Made by a program: the position numbers and the translations under genes. 64,000 nt of DNA from a virus: IMG/VR virus record IMGVR_UViG_3300036715_000468, one strand, 5' to 3'. How positions within the stretch are numbered: position 1 is the stretch's first letter; every line of letters begins with the position of its first letter. The notes beneath the pieces are model-generated. The model searched no databases, was not told the DNA's origin, and worked only from the letters and a program-made list of their open reading frames with translations. Shown piece by piece: positions 37,948 through 47,845 of the stretch.

Positions 37948-38700
37948 TTAGTTCCTATATGTTATTTGTGTATCTTTTAGCAACATTATCTTATTGTCAT
38001 AATTAACGGAAAGATATTTTCCTATTGGTAAAACTTGGCAATTTCCTAAAATGCTTAATAATATCTTAGCTTCATAAGGATCTCGACCTACCATAAAAGC
38101 AGACTCACTTAGGAAATTTCTACCAATAATAGTATCATAATCTCCTACATCAATAACTTCTGCAATCACTTTCTTACCGTTCCCTGCTAGTGTAACAAAG
38201 TTACCGTCAATAGTCAAGTCTGCGACTAAGGAAGCACTAAAAAATTTCTCAATAGATTCTTTCATTTCTTTCATTTTAAACTCATCCTTTGGTACATAGT
38301 CTGCGGGGTCGATAATAACATAATTGTATAATTCTGGGTCATTGTATGCAAATGATTGTCCGTTGGAAAAATATGTAGTTACAGTCCAGTCCATCGATCC
38401 ACTTAAATTACCTATATCTGTTAAGAGTGCTTGGAATTTATTCGGAAAAGTATCGTCACGATTCATTTCGACAAATACAAGATATCGACCTTCCTCATCG
38501 GTGTTAGGGCTTACTTCGACATCTAATGTATCGATAAATCCACGTTGAATAAATGTATTAAGATCTGCCGCTGGCTCTTCATCTGTAAGATAAAATGCAA
38601 CAACAATAACATCTACATCGTCGCCAGCTTTTGGCTCAAATTCGTCGATAGAGACGTCGGGCAATATAGTTCCCGCCAAGTCGCCATTCTTTAAGCTCAT
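37948..38700 (-). CDS. hypothetical protein
   Basis: 250-aa acidic ORF. Confidence 0.5.
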   Translation of the reverse strand: MSLKNGDLAGTILPDVSIDEFEPKAGDDVDVIVVAFYLTDEEPAADLNTFIQRGFIDTLDVEVSPNTDEEGRYLVFVEMNRDDTFPNKFQALLTDIGNLSGSMDWTVTTYFSNGQSFAYNDPELYNYVIIDPADYVPKDEFKMKEMKESIEKFFSASLVADLTIDGNFVTLAGNGKKVIAEVIDVGDYDTIIGRNFLSESAFMVGRDPYEAKILLSILGNCQVLPIGKYLSVNYDNKIMLLKDTQITYRN

Positions 38701-39299
38701 ACTTCTTCCTCCGGTGGCATCATATCACTAGTATCATCCATACCCATGCCCTGATCTTCTTCTGGCGCCATTTCCTCTTGCGGAGCTTCATCAAATGCAT
38801 CTGCTAGTTCTGCATTAGTATCATCGATGTCGCGCTGAATAATATCATCTGTTTGTTCTAATCCACGGCTGATATATTTCATCGGTAGTTCTATAGTTAC
38901 TAACCAAATTTCATGCTCAGCCATTTTAGCTCGTTTAGTTTGTGGGTCTACCCAGTCCTGCGGGCCTTCCACTTTTACAGGCTTTTTAAAAACACCTTTC
39001 CTAAAATTTACTTTTGCGCCTAACTTTGTTAACCGTAGTCCAGCATTTGGGTCGGGCATCATAGCGTAAGGATACATGAATACAACTTTGTACCAATAAC
39101 GACTAATAGTCGGGCCTTCGACCAGTTCGCCCAATATCCAATTCTTATATGCAAATATCTCTGCATTATCTAGTGTGCGCTCAAATTCGATCAGAGTGCT
39201 TAATATATCATTGCCCTTAGAGATATTTACAAGGGTTGTTTTTATCGTATCAAGATCCGTCATGTATTCCTTTTTGTCTATCCATATGCTATTTATCAA
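38697..39299 (-). CDS. hypothetical protein with an acidic C-terminal tail; probable true start at Met13 (about 39263)
   Basis: the TTG start called by the track lies inside a GATAAATA element; an in-frame ATG 36 nt downstream has an AAGGA RBS; the C-terminus is DE-rich ([26 protein letters not shown]). Confidence 0.5.
   Translation of the reverse strand: MINSIWIDKKEYMTDLDTIKTTLVNISKGNDILSTLIEFERTLDNAEIFAYKNWILGELVEGPTISRYWYKVVFMYPYAMMPDPNAGLRLTKLGAKVNFRKGVFKKPVKVEGPQDWVDPQTKRAKMAEHEIWLVTIELPMKYISRGLEQTDDIIQRDIDDTNAELADAFDEAPQEEMAPEEDQGMGMDDTSDMMPPEEEV
39290..39297 (-). promoter_or_regulatory. GATAAATA late-promoter-like element
   Basis: tatttatc on the plus strand, 28 nt upstream of the likely ATG of the acidic-tail gene. 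Confidence 0.4.
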
Positions 39300-39471
39300 T
39301 AATATGTAAGGTTCGTAAAATGTTGAATATAGTATATATTTACGTATGTTATGGTAAATACTTGTGTATGCAAATTACACTCGATACATTAATCGAAGTT
39401 CCCCGGGGTAGACAATTCCTGTCTAACAGCCCCATCGTCCCACAAAAACTAACTCAGCCAGGAGCATCATC

Positions 39472-40233
39472 TTGAGAAAAACTAGAAAAGAAGACACAAA
39501 ATCTGCAACAAAATCTTCACAAAACTCACGCACATCTTACCAACGGACCGATCCATCAGTAGTCAATGTAGTTAAACTCGCAAATAGAAATTATAAACGA
39601 GTAGAGATACTTCCACGCAATACTGCCCAAGAAGTTTATGTAGATGCACTATTGGAAAAACGTATAGTATTTGCAGTTGGGCCGGCGGGAACGGGTAAAA
39701 CATTACTAGGCGTACTGAGAGCTATCAAGGCTTTACGTGAAGGTGAAATTACAAAAATTATATTGACACGCCCTGCCGTCAGTGTAGACGAGAAGCACGG
39801 ATTTTTACCGGGTGACTTAAATGCTAAGATGGAACCTTGGACTAAACCTATTTTCGACGTATTCGAAGAACACTACGGGTTGTTGGAAACTAAAAAAATG
39901 TTGGAAGACGGGATCATTGAAATTGCACCATTGGGTTTCATGCGCGGTCGCACATTTAAGAATGCGTATGTCATTGCAGACGAAATGCAAAATTCAACTC
40001 CTGACCAGATGAAGATGTTGTTAACAAGGATAGGCGAAGGATGTTCTATGATCATTACAGGAGATATGAAACAACATGATCGTGGATTTGATAAGAATGG
40101 TTTAAAAGATTTTCTAGAACGTTTTAAAACAGCACCTAAGAAGTCAATGGCAATTTGTTTGTTCGAACGACAGCATGTCGAACGTGACGAGCTAGTCGGT
40201 GAGATACTTGATGTTTATGGAGACGACGAATAA
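39472..40233 (+). CDS. phoH: PhoH-like ATPase
   Basis: Walker A GPAGTGKT and the conserved PhoH core; an AGGAG RBS; the start codon appears to be TTG. Confidence 0.85.
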   Translation: MRKTRKEDTKSATKSSQNSRTSYQRTDPSVVNVVKLANRNYKRVEILPRNTAQEVYVDALLEKRIVFAVGPAGTGKTLLGVLRAIKALREGEITKIILTRPAVSVDEKHGFLPGDLNAKMEPWTKPIFDVFEEHYGLLETKKMLEDGIIEIAPLGFMRGRTFKNAYVIADEMQNSTPDQMKMLLTRIGEGCSMIITGDMKQHDRGFDKNGLKDFLERFKTAPKKSMAICLFERQHVERDELVGEILDVYGDDE

Positions 40234-40236
40234 AAC

Positions 40237-40259
40237 AAAAGCCCCGAAAGGGGCTTTTT
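40237..40259. terminator. bidirectional rho-independent terminator
   Basis: aaaagccccgaaaggggctttt between convergent genes. Confidence 0.65.
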
Positions 40260-40264
40260 AGTGA

Positions 40265-40624
40265 CTAATCTCTAGGTAGTAGACTATTTGCACTTCTATT
40301 TCTATTTTGACTTCTGCTTATCTCAGACAACTGGCGTTCATATCGTTCCTTTAATGCAGATTCGACTGGTGGCAATTTTTGTTCTTTAGATTGGGCTTTC
40401 TTAACATCCAATTCGAATAATTTATCTTCTAACATCTGTCTGCGTAGAGTTTGCGAAGTATCTTGGATAAGATCTTGTGTCTGAAGTTTTTCCTTAATTA
40501 CATCTACTGCATGTGCATATCGACTGTCGATAGTAAATAGTGCAGTAACTAATGTGATGACAGTTCCGATTGAGCCAAACGCCACTTTACCGATGTTATC
40601 TTTAATAAGTGCTTTAATTTCCAT
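40265..40624 (-). CDS. hypothetical membrane-anchored protein
   Basis: 119 aa, one TM near the N-terminus, charged C-terminus. Confidence 0.4.
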   Translation of the reverse strand: MEIKALIKDNIGKVAFGSIGTVITLVTALFTIDSRYAHAVDVIKEKLQTQDLIQDTSQTLRRQMLEDKLFELDVKKAQSKEQKLPPVESALKERYERQLSEISRSQNRNRSANSLLPRD

Positions 40625-40654
40625 AGTATATCCTTAACGATATACTATTTATAA

Positions 40655-40849
40655 TTATTCGGGGATTTTATTCCAGATACGTTCGTGTAGGAAATATAAG
40701 ATTGTATTAGCAATAAATTGATTAATAGCTATAGATCCGGCTACAGTGATACTACCTGTTAATAAAAATGCTATTAGTAGTGTAGTCGAACTTCCAATTA
40801 TACGCCAAGATATACTTTTTAAAAGACTTCGTTTAAAACTGTCTTGCAT
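40655..40849 (-). CDS. small membrane protein
   Basis: 64 aa, two hydrophobic helices. Confidence 0.35.
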   Translation of the reverse strand: MQDSFKRSLLKSISWRIIGSSTTLLIAFLLTGSITVAGSIAINQFIANTILYFLHERIWNKIPE

Positions 40850-41282
40850 AATTACTCTTTATATGATTGCCAATAGTATGTGCATAGGCATCGGCATCCT
40901 GTTCAGTAACGTGGAAATCATATAATACAGGGCGTTCAAATATACTGTTAGTATCCTCGAAACGACCCGCTGCTAAGGTATCGACCCATATGGTCCAGTC
41001 CGCAGCAAAAATCTCTCTCATCTCGGTAAGTGGTGCAACAAAATCTGCCATAACATAATCGGTAGTCGACACCGAAGCAAGTTCATACATTCGATATGCT
41101 TGACGAAGCCGGCCCTCTATTGTAAAATCCCAATCATTATATTTCTTACGAATATCGTCAGCATTTATCCAATCTACGGAATTATTATCCGATAGCTCTC
41201 TTAATAATGCAAGAGCTAAGGTTGTCTTCCCACTGCCAGGAAGACCCATTATTAATATTTTAAGTGACATATCCGTTAACAA
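40833..41282 (-). CDS. P-loop kinase (possible polynucleotide or nucleotide kinase)
   Basis: Walker A LIMGLPGSGKTTLA; 149 aa; translationally coupled to the HAD phosphatase gene. Confidence 0.55.
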   Translation of the reverse strand: MLTDMSLKILIMGLPGSGKTTLALALLRELSDNNSVDWINADDIRKKYNDWDFTIEGRLRQAYRMYELASVSTTDYVMADFVAPLTEMREIFAADWTIWVDTLAAGRFEDTNSIFERPVLYDFHVTEQDADAYAHTIGNHIKSNYARQF

Positions 41283-41878
41283 TTATATTCATTACAAACC
41301 GTACTATAAATTTCTTCCCACGGAGTTGTGTGACTAACTGTAGGAAATAAATCAGTCTTATAATGGGAGTTATACGGATGGTCAATCAATACTGTTTTTA
41401 GCCCTGCTTCGTGCCCTGCTTCGGCTTGACGCATGTGATCTTCAATCCAGAAATAACCCGATGCTTCCCAGTTCATTAAAATATTTGCTTTACTTGCACC
41501 CATCTCGATACAATTAATTTCATCAAATACATCGCCGAATAACTTTAGTAGATTTTGCGTCCTATAGTGTTTTGCTATAGGTGCATCACTTATACTAGTA
41601 ACAGCTATGAATCTGAATCCTTTTTCCACAAGTTTATTAACATACTTAACCGAATCTGCAAATGCTGATAACTCAGCTATACGTGAACTCTCGTTAAATT
41701 CCATAATATACTTATGGGATTCTGATGAGGAAATATTATGACGTAACATAAGACTATACTCGGAGTCGGTACCAGGAATTTGTGGGTGACCTTTTTCGGC
41801 CATAAATTCATTAAAACTGGATGCCCAGTCCAAGAGTACGCCGTCACAATCGGTTAATATAATTTTATTCTTAGTCAT
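41276..41878 (-). CDS. HAD-superfamily phosphatase (possible polynucleotide 3'-phosphatase or 5'-nucleotidase)
   Basis: N-terminal ILTDCDGVLLDW (DxDG[TV] HAD motif I); 200 aa. Confidence 0.6.
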   Translation of the reverse strand: MTKNKIILTDCDGVLLDWASSFNEFMAEKGHPQIPGTDSEYSLMLRHNISSSESHKYIMEFNESSRIAELSAFADSVKYVNKLVEKGFRFIAVTSISDAPIAKHYRTQNLLKLFGDVFDEINCIEMGASKANILMNWEASGYFWIEDHMRQAEAGHEAGLKTVLIDHPYNSHYKTDLFPTVSHTTPWEEIYSTVCNEYNC

Positions 41879-42143
41879 GTGTTATCCTTAAATATCTATT
41901 AATCCAGTCACATTGGACACCAAGATTCTGAATTTCGGCCGGTGCATTGTAATGACATCTCATTGTAGGTTCTGCTAATAGCGAATCTGTGTGTAAATCA
42001 ATCCGTATATCGTCTATTTCTTTACATAATTTATAAAGCCGTGCATCCAGAGCAGTCATATTTTTATTACCATATGGCCACTCTTTTTCGCTCGTGTTAT
42101 GCATGATCAAAGATTGTACGGGCGCGAACGTTACCAAATTCAT
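41871..42143 (-). CDS. hypothetical protein
   Basis: 90-aa ORF. Confidence 0.35.
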   Translation of the reverse strand: MNLVTFAPVQSLIMHNTSEKEWPYGNKNMTALDARLYKLCKEIDDIRIDLHTDSLLAEPTMRCHYNAPAEIQNLGVQCDWINRYLRITHD

Positions 42144-42522
42144 CAGTAAACAGTGGCACGGACGGTTCTACTTCTGCTTCTACTTTTGCTATAGGAGACT
42201 TCTCTGCGATAGGTGGCTTAACTTGCTGTTCTTTATAAGATACATCTAATTCAGCTAACTGCTTAGGATATTTTGTTTCGATATAATTTTCAAAATGATC
42301 GTAACTTTCCATGCCGAGGTGTTGGCCTGACAATAACCTCCTGTTAAGGTAATCGGCTGTAGAACTAGACATAGTAATATGTTGTTTCTTAAGATGGTTT
42401 ACAAATTCAATTGTTTCAACCATTTCCCAATCAGATTCGATTGGTTTACGTGATCCGACCCTGTTATTCTTTTTAAGAACTCGTTTGTGTGATATAACAA
42501 TAAAAACTTTCTCTTTACTCAT
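42097..42522 (-). CDS. possible clamp-loader small subunit (gp62-like), by position only
   Basis: 4-nt overlap with the upstream gp44-like gene, as for T4 genes 44/62; no convincing sequence match. Confidence 0.3.
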   Translation of the reverse strand: MSKEKVFIVISHKRVLKKNNRVGSRKPIESDWEMVETIEFVNHLKKQHITMSSSTADYLNRRLLSGQHLGMESYDHFENYIETKYPKQLAELDVSYKEQQVKPPIAEKSPIAKVEAEVEPSVPLFTDEFGNVRARTIFDHA

Positions 42523-43457
42523 GATATGCCCTTTGCAATTAATTCGAGTTCTACTAGTGTCGCTGAAAGGCAGATTTCCACATCAGCGCACATCGTATGT
42601 TTTACTAGTCCATCTCTGATAGCCAAAATAGCTCTATTCTGTTTATCGTCCTCTTGTCCCCATACTGCTAAATTCTGATACATAAATGTATAGATATCTT
42701 CATATTCGTCTCGTCCTGCTTTCTGACAAATAAGTGTTCTTGCTTCCTTATACTTTCCGGCCCTAAATAGACTAATCATATCAATTTTATAATCTGATAC
42801 TACTTCTGAATCTGCGTCCGGTGATGTTAATTTACCACCAAACGAATTAGCCTGAATCATACTGATTCCCCTGCGCAAGTCGGGATATGTCTTCTGAACA
42901 ATCTCTTCTAATGCATCGGGATCGATAACGACACCCTCAAGATCCAACACGTTAACTAGACGCATGAAGAATTCACTTGTGTCTAATTTTTCGATATGCA
43001 TACGGCCTGTCTCACATCTAGATTTAATAGCATCAATAATCTTATGAGGATGATTGCATGTTAATAAAAATCTGACAGAGCTTGCATACTTCTCTAAAGT
43101 GCCACGTAAGACGCCTTGCGCTGCGGGTGATAATCCATCTGCCTCATCTAAGAAAATATATTTTATATCTCCAGCGCCCATTGTTTCGGAAAATCGTGTT
43201 ATTGTATCTCTGATAAAATCGACACCGTTATCTTTAGATGCATTAACCTCTAATACATCAAATGGATCAACGCCGAGTTCATTTAATAATACTTTAATGA
43301 GAGTGGATTTACCTGTACCCGGTGAGCCCGATAGTAACATATGCGGAAGTGCTCCGCCAGATATCCATTTATTAATTTGTTTCTTTTGTTTCTCGTCTTT
43401 GAATACATAGTCGGCGACTGTTTTTGGCCGGTACGATTCTGTCCATAGTTTCTTCAT
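42519..43457 (-). CDS. clamp-loader ATPase (T4 gp44 / RFC small-subunit-like AAA+)
   Basis: ESYRPKTV...LLSGSPGTGKST (RFC box II/III), DEAD-like FLDEADGL, SRC box IKSRC. Confidence 0.85.
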   Translation of the reverse strand: MKKLWTESYRPKTVADYVFKDEKQKKQINKWISGGALPHMLLSGSPGTGKSTLIKVLLNELGVDPFDVLEVNASKDNGVDFIRDTITRFSETMGAGDIKYIFLDEADGLSPAAQGVLRGTLEKYASSVRFLLTCNHPHKIIDAIKSRCETGRMHIEKLDTSEFFMRLVNVLDLEGVVIDPDALEEIVQKTYPDLRRGISMIQANSFGGKLTSPDADSEVVSDYKIDMISLFRAGKYKEARTLICQKAGRDEYEDIYTFMYQNLAVWGQEDDKQNRAILAIRDGLVKHTMCADVEICLSATLVELELIAKGIS

Positions 43458-43468
43458 CTAGTTCTTTC

Positions 43469-43822
43469 TTAAAACGGTCGTGTTGTTACAAATTCTGAAA
43501 ATATATCTGTCTCTTGCACTGTATCCGAAACTAACAGAACCGACTTAGGATATTCTACTGCCCACAACGGTAATTCTTGATTAGCTTCGTCTTTAATTTT
43601 GATCATCCTTGTCCAACGACCATTTTCTATCAGAATCCACTGACCTACGCGGATTGCACCAAGTGCTTCTATGTCTTCGCCAACAGCATATACTTTTGCC
43701 CAACGTGGACGAATACCCTCGCTCTTGCCGTCATCAGCAGGAATAATAATTCCATTCACGGTCCTAGTGCCTCGTTCGAGTTCAGTTACGAGAACCTTAC
43801 CCTTCATTGCTTTAATTTCCAT
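43469..43822 (-). CDS. GroES-like co-chaperonin (Cpn10 / T4 gp31-like)
   Basis: MKGKVLVTELERGTRTVNGIIIPAD...AKVYAVGED...IRVGQWILI parallels GroES IRPLHDRVIVKR...GGIVLP...GEVLAVGNG...VKVGDIVIF. Confidence 0.55.
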   Translation of the reverse strand: MEIKAMKGKVLVTELERGTRTVNGIIIPADDGKSEGIRPRWAKVYAVGEDIEALGAIRVGQWILIENGRWTRMIKIKDEANQELPLWAVEYPKSVLLVSDTVQETDIFSEFVTTRPF

Positions 43823-44162
43823 CAGTGTCGCCTTCTACGATAATGTCACCCGACGGCAATTCTGTTTCTTTCTTTACCGTGGCTGGTGCAGCTGGCTTAG
43901 TTACCTTAACTGCTTTAGTTTGTTCAATTGTAGCATCAGGTGCAATAGGTTGTCTACCTTTCAAACCTGTATTAACAACAACTGACTGAACACGATGATT
44001 TTCTCGCGCAATTTGATCTGCTGTTTTTGTTACTTTGCCACCCTTAATTTGGTCGCCTTTGGCGTTAACTGGCATGTTTCCAATTGCTGCCGTTTTTTCA
44101 TTTTCACGAGCCAATGACTCCATGTCAATTGTTGCTCCGCGATACGATGTATGTTTACTCAT
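43812..44162 (-). CDS. hypothetical protein
   Basis: 116 aa, basic, Lys/Thr/Ala-rich. Confidence 0.4.
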   Translation of the reverse strand: MSKHTSYRGATIDMESLARENEKTAAIGNMPVNAKGDQIKGGKVTKTADQIARENHRVQSVVVNTGLKGRQPIAPDATIEQTKAVKVTKPAAPATVKKETELPSGDIIVEGDTDGN

Positions 44163-44328
44163 TTTATTTCTCCAGTGAAATATTTATACCATTATCTTGA
44201 CCAATTTTAATAAAATCGTCAAAAAATTCTTTACTCATTCTAGTAATTATGTATCCGTCGACTTCCGTATACGGTATCGAAATTGACCGTTGTGATAATC
44301 TATCATATTTTATTTTAATGTAATTCAT

Positions 44329-44856
44329 CTATTTTAAGAAATCCTTAATATCAAGCCCATATTTTAAGCTGTCTACGAAGTGTGTACCTATGAGGAAAAG
44401 ACAAAAACTACTGACACTCGATCCTCTTCCAACACCCCACACCTGTCCGTTCTTTCTCATATGGTCGATCAAGTATATGAATAGGCGTAACAGCATGATT
44501 AAGTCACGCTCTTTATATAATTTATATTCTTCGTCAACCCGGTCCTTCTCTTGTTGCGTACCACATTTATTAATAAGCCACGAATAAACATCTAGTTGCT
44601 GATATATCACTGGAAAAATCCACTCATTAGAACATTGTTCATGAAAGTCATCGAATGACAGCTCTTCGGGTGCTTCATTTAAAAATGTAACTGTTTCTTG
44701 TAATAGTGCAGCTTGGTATTGTTGAAATAATGTAATCTCCTCATCGAGGATTACATTAAGGTGACTTATATTCTTACCCTGCAATAAAAGTTCTCTAAGT
44801 TTATCACTAGTTAATGCAACTTGTCCATACTTATTCGCTTTTACAATGTCAGTCAT
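44329..44856 (-). CDS. hypothetical protein
   Basis: 175-aa ORF. Confidence 0.45.
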   Translation of the reverse strand: MTDIVKANKYGQVALTSDKLRELLLQGKNISHLNVILDEEITLFQQYQAALLQETVTFLNEAPEELSFDDFHEQCSNEWIFPVIYQQLDVYSWLINKCGTQQEKDRVDEEYKLYKERDLIMLLRLFIYLIDHMRKNGQVWGVGRGSSVSSFCLFLIGTHFVDSLKYGLDIKDFLK

Positions 44857-44857
44857 A

Positions 44858-45574
44858 TTATTCTATCTTTTTCGGTATCCATTTATCGACCTGCACAATT
44901 TTTGCAGGTTCTCTTACTAGACCGATATGTGTCTCGTTTACTTCTGCCATTATATTGTTAAATTCGACCAGAGGGTCAATTATATTACCAAACAATTCTT
45001 CGTCAGGCAGAACATTACCCTCTGGACGAATAAACTCGAAACAGAATCCATCGCTTCTTAGCCACCACGGCTGTGCATCTTTAGCAACACCTTCTGTATA
45101 ATATTCTTTTGTATTAATCGGTAATGCATAGTCACCATTAGTGCAATCGAATGTATAATGTAAAGTCGAGTCACTTCCTTTAAGATGTATCTCACCGACT
45201 AATAGATCCGGGCTTGCTAATGCCGAAATTTTCGAATGTAGTAACTGTATCAATAGTTCGTCACCCGTATTTCCCGGACAAAACATCATAATATTGGAAG
45301 TAAGATTAGCTATGTATAGATCGTCTGGATTAGTAACATCCACAGTAATAATATTTGGTAAATTTGTATCTAACCAAAAATATACTTTCTGATAAGTTAT
45401 GCCAGCTTCGTATTCAGTTTCTTCCTTAGCTTTACCCTTCTTCCCTGTTGCAACAAGATCTACCCTTAATTGCCAATCCACTGGTGTCAGTGAACCATCT
45501 TGTAATCGTATACCCGAAAAATCATATTCGAGTGTCATATGGCTCTTGATAAGATGCCTACCCCTTTTTATCAT
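44858..45574 (-). CDS. hypothetical protein
   Basis: 238-aa ORF. Confidence 0.45.
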   Translation of the reverse strand: MIKRGRHLIKSHMTLEYDFSGIRLQDGSLTPVDWQLRVDLVATGKKGKAKEETEYEAGITYQKVYFWLDTNLPNIITVDVTNPDDLYIANLTSNIMMFCPGNTGDELLIQLLHSKISALASPDLLVGEIHLKGSDSTLHYTFDCTNGDYALPINTKEYYTEGVAKDAQPWWLRSDGFCFEFIRPEGNVLPDEELFGNIIDPLVEFNNIMAEVNETHIGLVREPAKIVQVDKWIPKKIE

Positions 45575-45585
45575 AACAAATGCCC

Positions 45586-45834
45586 TTAATCATCTAATTT
45601 ACCTAATTCTATCGGGTTGTTTGAATCAGGAAATTTCTTCTTGAATTCCTCATCCGATATGTTCTGTTGCCTTTCCCGACGCTCATCTTCGAGTGCTTGT
45701 ATAACCTCTAATATACTACGAACAGTTGGATTATGTCCTAGGCCAACTTGTGCATTCATATACGAATAAGCCCTTCCTAACCTTTCGAGAATTCCCTCAT
45801 CCGACAAACTTTTTACATCTAAAAATGGGTGCAT
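45586..45834 (-). CDS. hypothetical protein
   Basis: 82-aa ORF. Confidence 0.35.
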   Translation of the reverse strand: MHPFLDVKSLSDEGILERLGRAYSYMNAQVGLGHNPTVRSILEVIQALEDERRERQQNISDEEFKKKFPDSNNPIELGKLDD

Positions 45835-45877
45835 AGATACTCCTGTGGTGCTATATATTTATAATAACACAAAAATA

Positions 45878-46276
45878 TTATGTTTTTTGCTGGGCCGATA
45901 CATCTTCGTATATATTTTCATGTATAGTGAATAACATACTCGACGGCCACATAACCACGTGAGTAACTTTTTTATCAAGTCCTAAACGAAACTGTAATGC
46001 ATCTAATTCGGATTCGAAACAGATGTATGCATGTTTGACGCTTTCCTTCTGGCTCCCGGCCAAGACTTGTAATACTACCTGTAACTGAGAAACATCCTGT
46101 CGACGTTCTAGTAATTCAGTATAACCCCACGAGCCTTGCATTTTTCTGTATGTGCTACGAGTAAGTTTACTATATTCGGTGTCAGAGTCGGGGTTAGGGT
46201 AGCCCGGATATTCTATCTGTAAAACATACGGATCAGGAAAAGGTATCTTACTGCGCGTGTGTATTAATCTTATCAT
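45878..46276 (-). CDS. protein with an internal copy of the F-x-F-E-x-x-x-D-A-L-x-F-[KR]-L motif
   Basis: ...HAYICFESELDALQFRLGLDKK... Confidence 0.4.
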   Translation of the reverse strand: MIRLIHTRSKIPFPDPYVLQIEYPGYPNPDSDTEYSKLTRSTYRKMQGSWGYTELLERRQDVSQLQVVLQVLAGSQKESVKHAYICFESELDALQFRLGLDKKVTHVVMWPSSMLFTIHENIYEDVSAQQKT

Positions 46277-46515
46277 ACATACTCGTGATGTCTTTTGTGG
46301 AAAGCCGTCATGTCAGATTTCTCTGAAAACCTAATTACAACGAATTGGCCCATATCAATTTCTGCATATAATCCTCGCACAGTTTCTAATCCCGTATAGA
46401 ACTCTTCGCTGCGGCGATAGAATGTTGCCGGATTTAATCGTACAGACATCCAGTCTGCTGTATAATTATCGAGACGTACGGGATCACCTGTAATACATTT
46501 TCCGATCTGTTTCAT
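46273..46515 (-). CDS. small protein, probable member of the C-terminal motif family
   Basis: C-terminus ...FVVIRFSEKSDMTAFHKRHHEYV. Confidence 0.35.
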   Translation of the reverse strand: MKQIGKCITGDPVRLDNYTADWMSVRLNPATFYRRSEEFYTGLETVRGLYAEIDMGQFVVIRFSEKSDMTAFHKRHHEYV

Positions 46516-46518
46516 TTA

Positions 46519-46806
46519 TTAGTCCAGTCTCTTGTAGTGTAACTTCAGCCATTTATTGTATATAGCGGTTGCTAGTTCGTCTTGTGTGATTGTCTCATCA
46601 GCTGTTAAGGTTCTTGCCCTTTCAATCGAAACCGAATATTCGGCGCCGGATACTGTCCTGATCAATATAAAGGTATCGCCTTTTAGTCTGTCTATCACTA
46701 AATCTTCGTCTCCAGCTTTATCAGTCTTTAGTGCAATAGATTCGATAAACTTGAGATGCACAATATCATTTGTTTCAGTATAAACTACGTCAAGTCGATA
46801 TACCAT
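46519..46806 (-). CDS. hypothetical protein
   Basis: 95-aa ORF. Confidence 0.35.
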   Translation of the reverse strand: MVYRLDVVYTETNDIVHLKFIESIALKTDKAGDEDLVIDRLKGDTFILIRTVSGAEYSVSIERARTLTADETITQDELATAIYNKWLKLHYKRLD

Positions 46807-47075
46807 TATAGCAGACTTAGATATAAAGCAGTAGATGAATCGAAATCTTCTCTAAAGATATAAATTTTCGGACTGACCGGTTTACCTGTCTTAAGTGTCT
46901 TTAATACACGGCCCTCCATAGTCCAGTTTTCCTCGCCCTTGCCGACATTTGTATTAAGCCAGTTGACGAGCTTATAGAAATGATCACGATCTCTGATCGT
47001 AACACGGAAGGTATGAATTGCGTTTTGTTCCTTCAGGTTAACCGGAGTTTCCTGTGGAGTAGTTTGCTTAGTCAT
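46806..47075 (-). CDS. hypothetical protein
   Basis: 89-aa ORF. Confidence 0.35.
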   Translation of the reverse strand: MTKQTTPQETPVNLKEQNAIHTFRVTIRDRDHFYKLVNWLNTNVGKGEENWTMEGRVLKTLKTGKPVSPKIYIFREDFDSSTALYLSLL

Positions 47076-47137
47076 ATTACACTTTCTAAAGTTATTTGTT
47101 AAGTATTAATTATACACTTATATAATCGTAGTGTCAA

Positions 47138-47452
47138 TTATCTAGTAAGACTTTCCCTAGTTATAATTTGTGCAAGTTCCTCTGCTAGATTCTCACCATT
47201 AACGATAATATATAATTCGTTTCTAGTTCGATCCGTTTTATTATCGTAGGATCTGGTCTGAATTATCTTTCCACCGTTAGCATTATATACTGATATATTT
47301 AATCCTTCGGCATTAGTATCAAAATTAGAACTAGATTTACTTATTGACCCGATCCGATTAGCGTGGCCACGATTCACAAGCGATGGACCGTCCATATCTA
47401 GTTTATCAGCAAAGTCACGTAATTTACGTATTATTGAATGTCTAATTCCCAT
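47138..47452 (-). CDS. hypothetical protein
   Basis: 104-aa ORF. Confidence 0.35.
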   Translation of the reverse strand: MGIRHSIIRKLRDFADKLDMDGPSLVNRGHANRIGSISKSSSNFDTNAEGLNISVYNANGGKIIQTRSYDNKTDRTRNELYIIVNGENLAEELAQIITRESLTR

Positions 47453-47648
47453 ATTTACCCCAAGTTAATTTAAATACAAGTAAGGATGGTTCGTCCTTAA
47501 ATGCGTATGTTAATGTTTCGTTGTTATAGTACCAGTCAACACATTCTTTACCGATACATTCGTTACACCATTTTTGCATAACTCCACCTGTATGAATAAT
47601 CTTCAATGCAATTTGATATGGCCACACTGTTTTATTTAAGTGTCTCAT
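47442..47648 (-). CDS. small protein, member of the C-terminal motif family
   Basis: C-terminus ...YAFKDEPSLLVFKLTWGKYGN. Confidence 0.4.
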   Translation of the reverse strand: MRHLNKTVWPYQIALKIIHTGGVMQKWCNECIGKECVDWYYNNETLTYAFKDEPSLLVFKLTWGKYGN

Positions 47649-47845
47649 ATAAATTTCAATTTAAAAATCAATGCATCAGCTTCTTCAATAAAACAAAATG
47701 TTGCTATCATATCGTACTTACCAGAGAAATCACTAACATCTATATTGTCGAATGTGCTTAATGATAACTTATTACTATGACAATAATCTAACATATCATT
47801 TACTTTTTCACCCGACGGGTCATTTATGCTGATGCTATATGTCAT
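47645..47845 (-). CDS. small protein, member of the C-terminal motif family
   Basis: C-terminus ...FCFIEEADALIFKLKFI. Confidence 0.45.
   Translation of the reverse strand: MTYSISINDPSGEKVNDMLDYCHSNKLSLSTFDNIDVSDFSGKYDMIATFCFIEEADALIFKLKFI

Noticed and set aside
39300-39471. Possible tRNA in the 170-bp gap upstream of phoH
   Set aside because: No cloverleaf could be drawn: there is no GTTCRA T-loop and no acceptor-stem pairing. The region instead contains a GATAAATA element and the AGGAG RBS of phoH.
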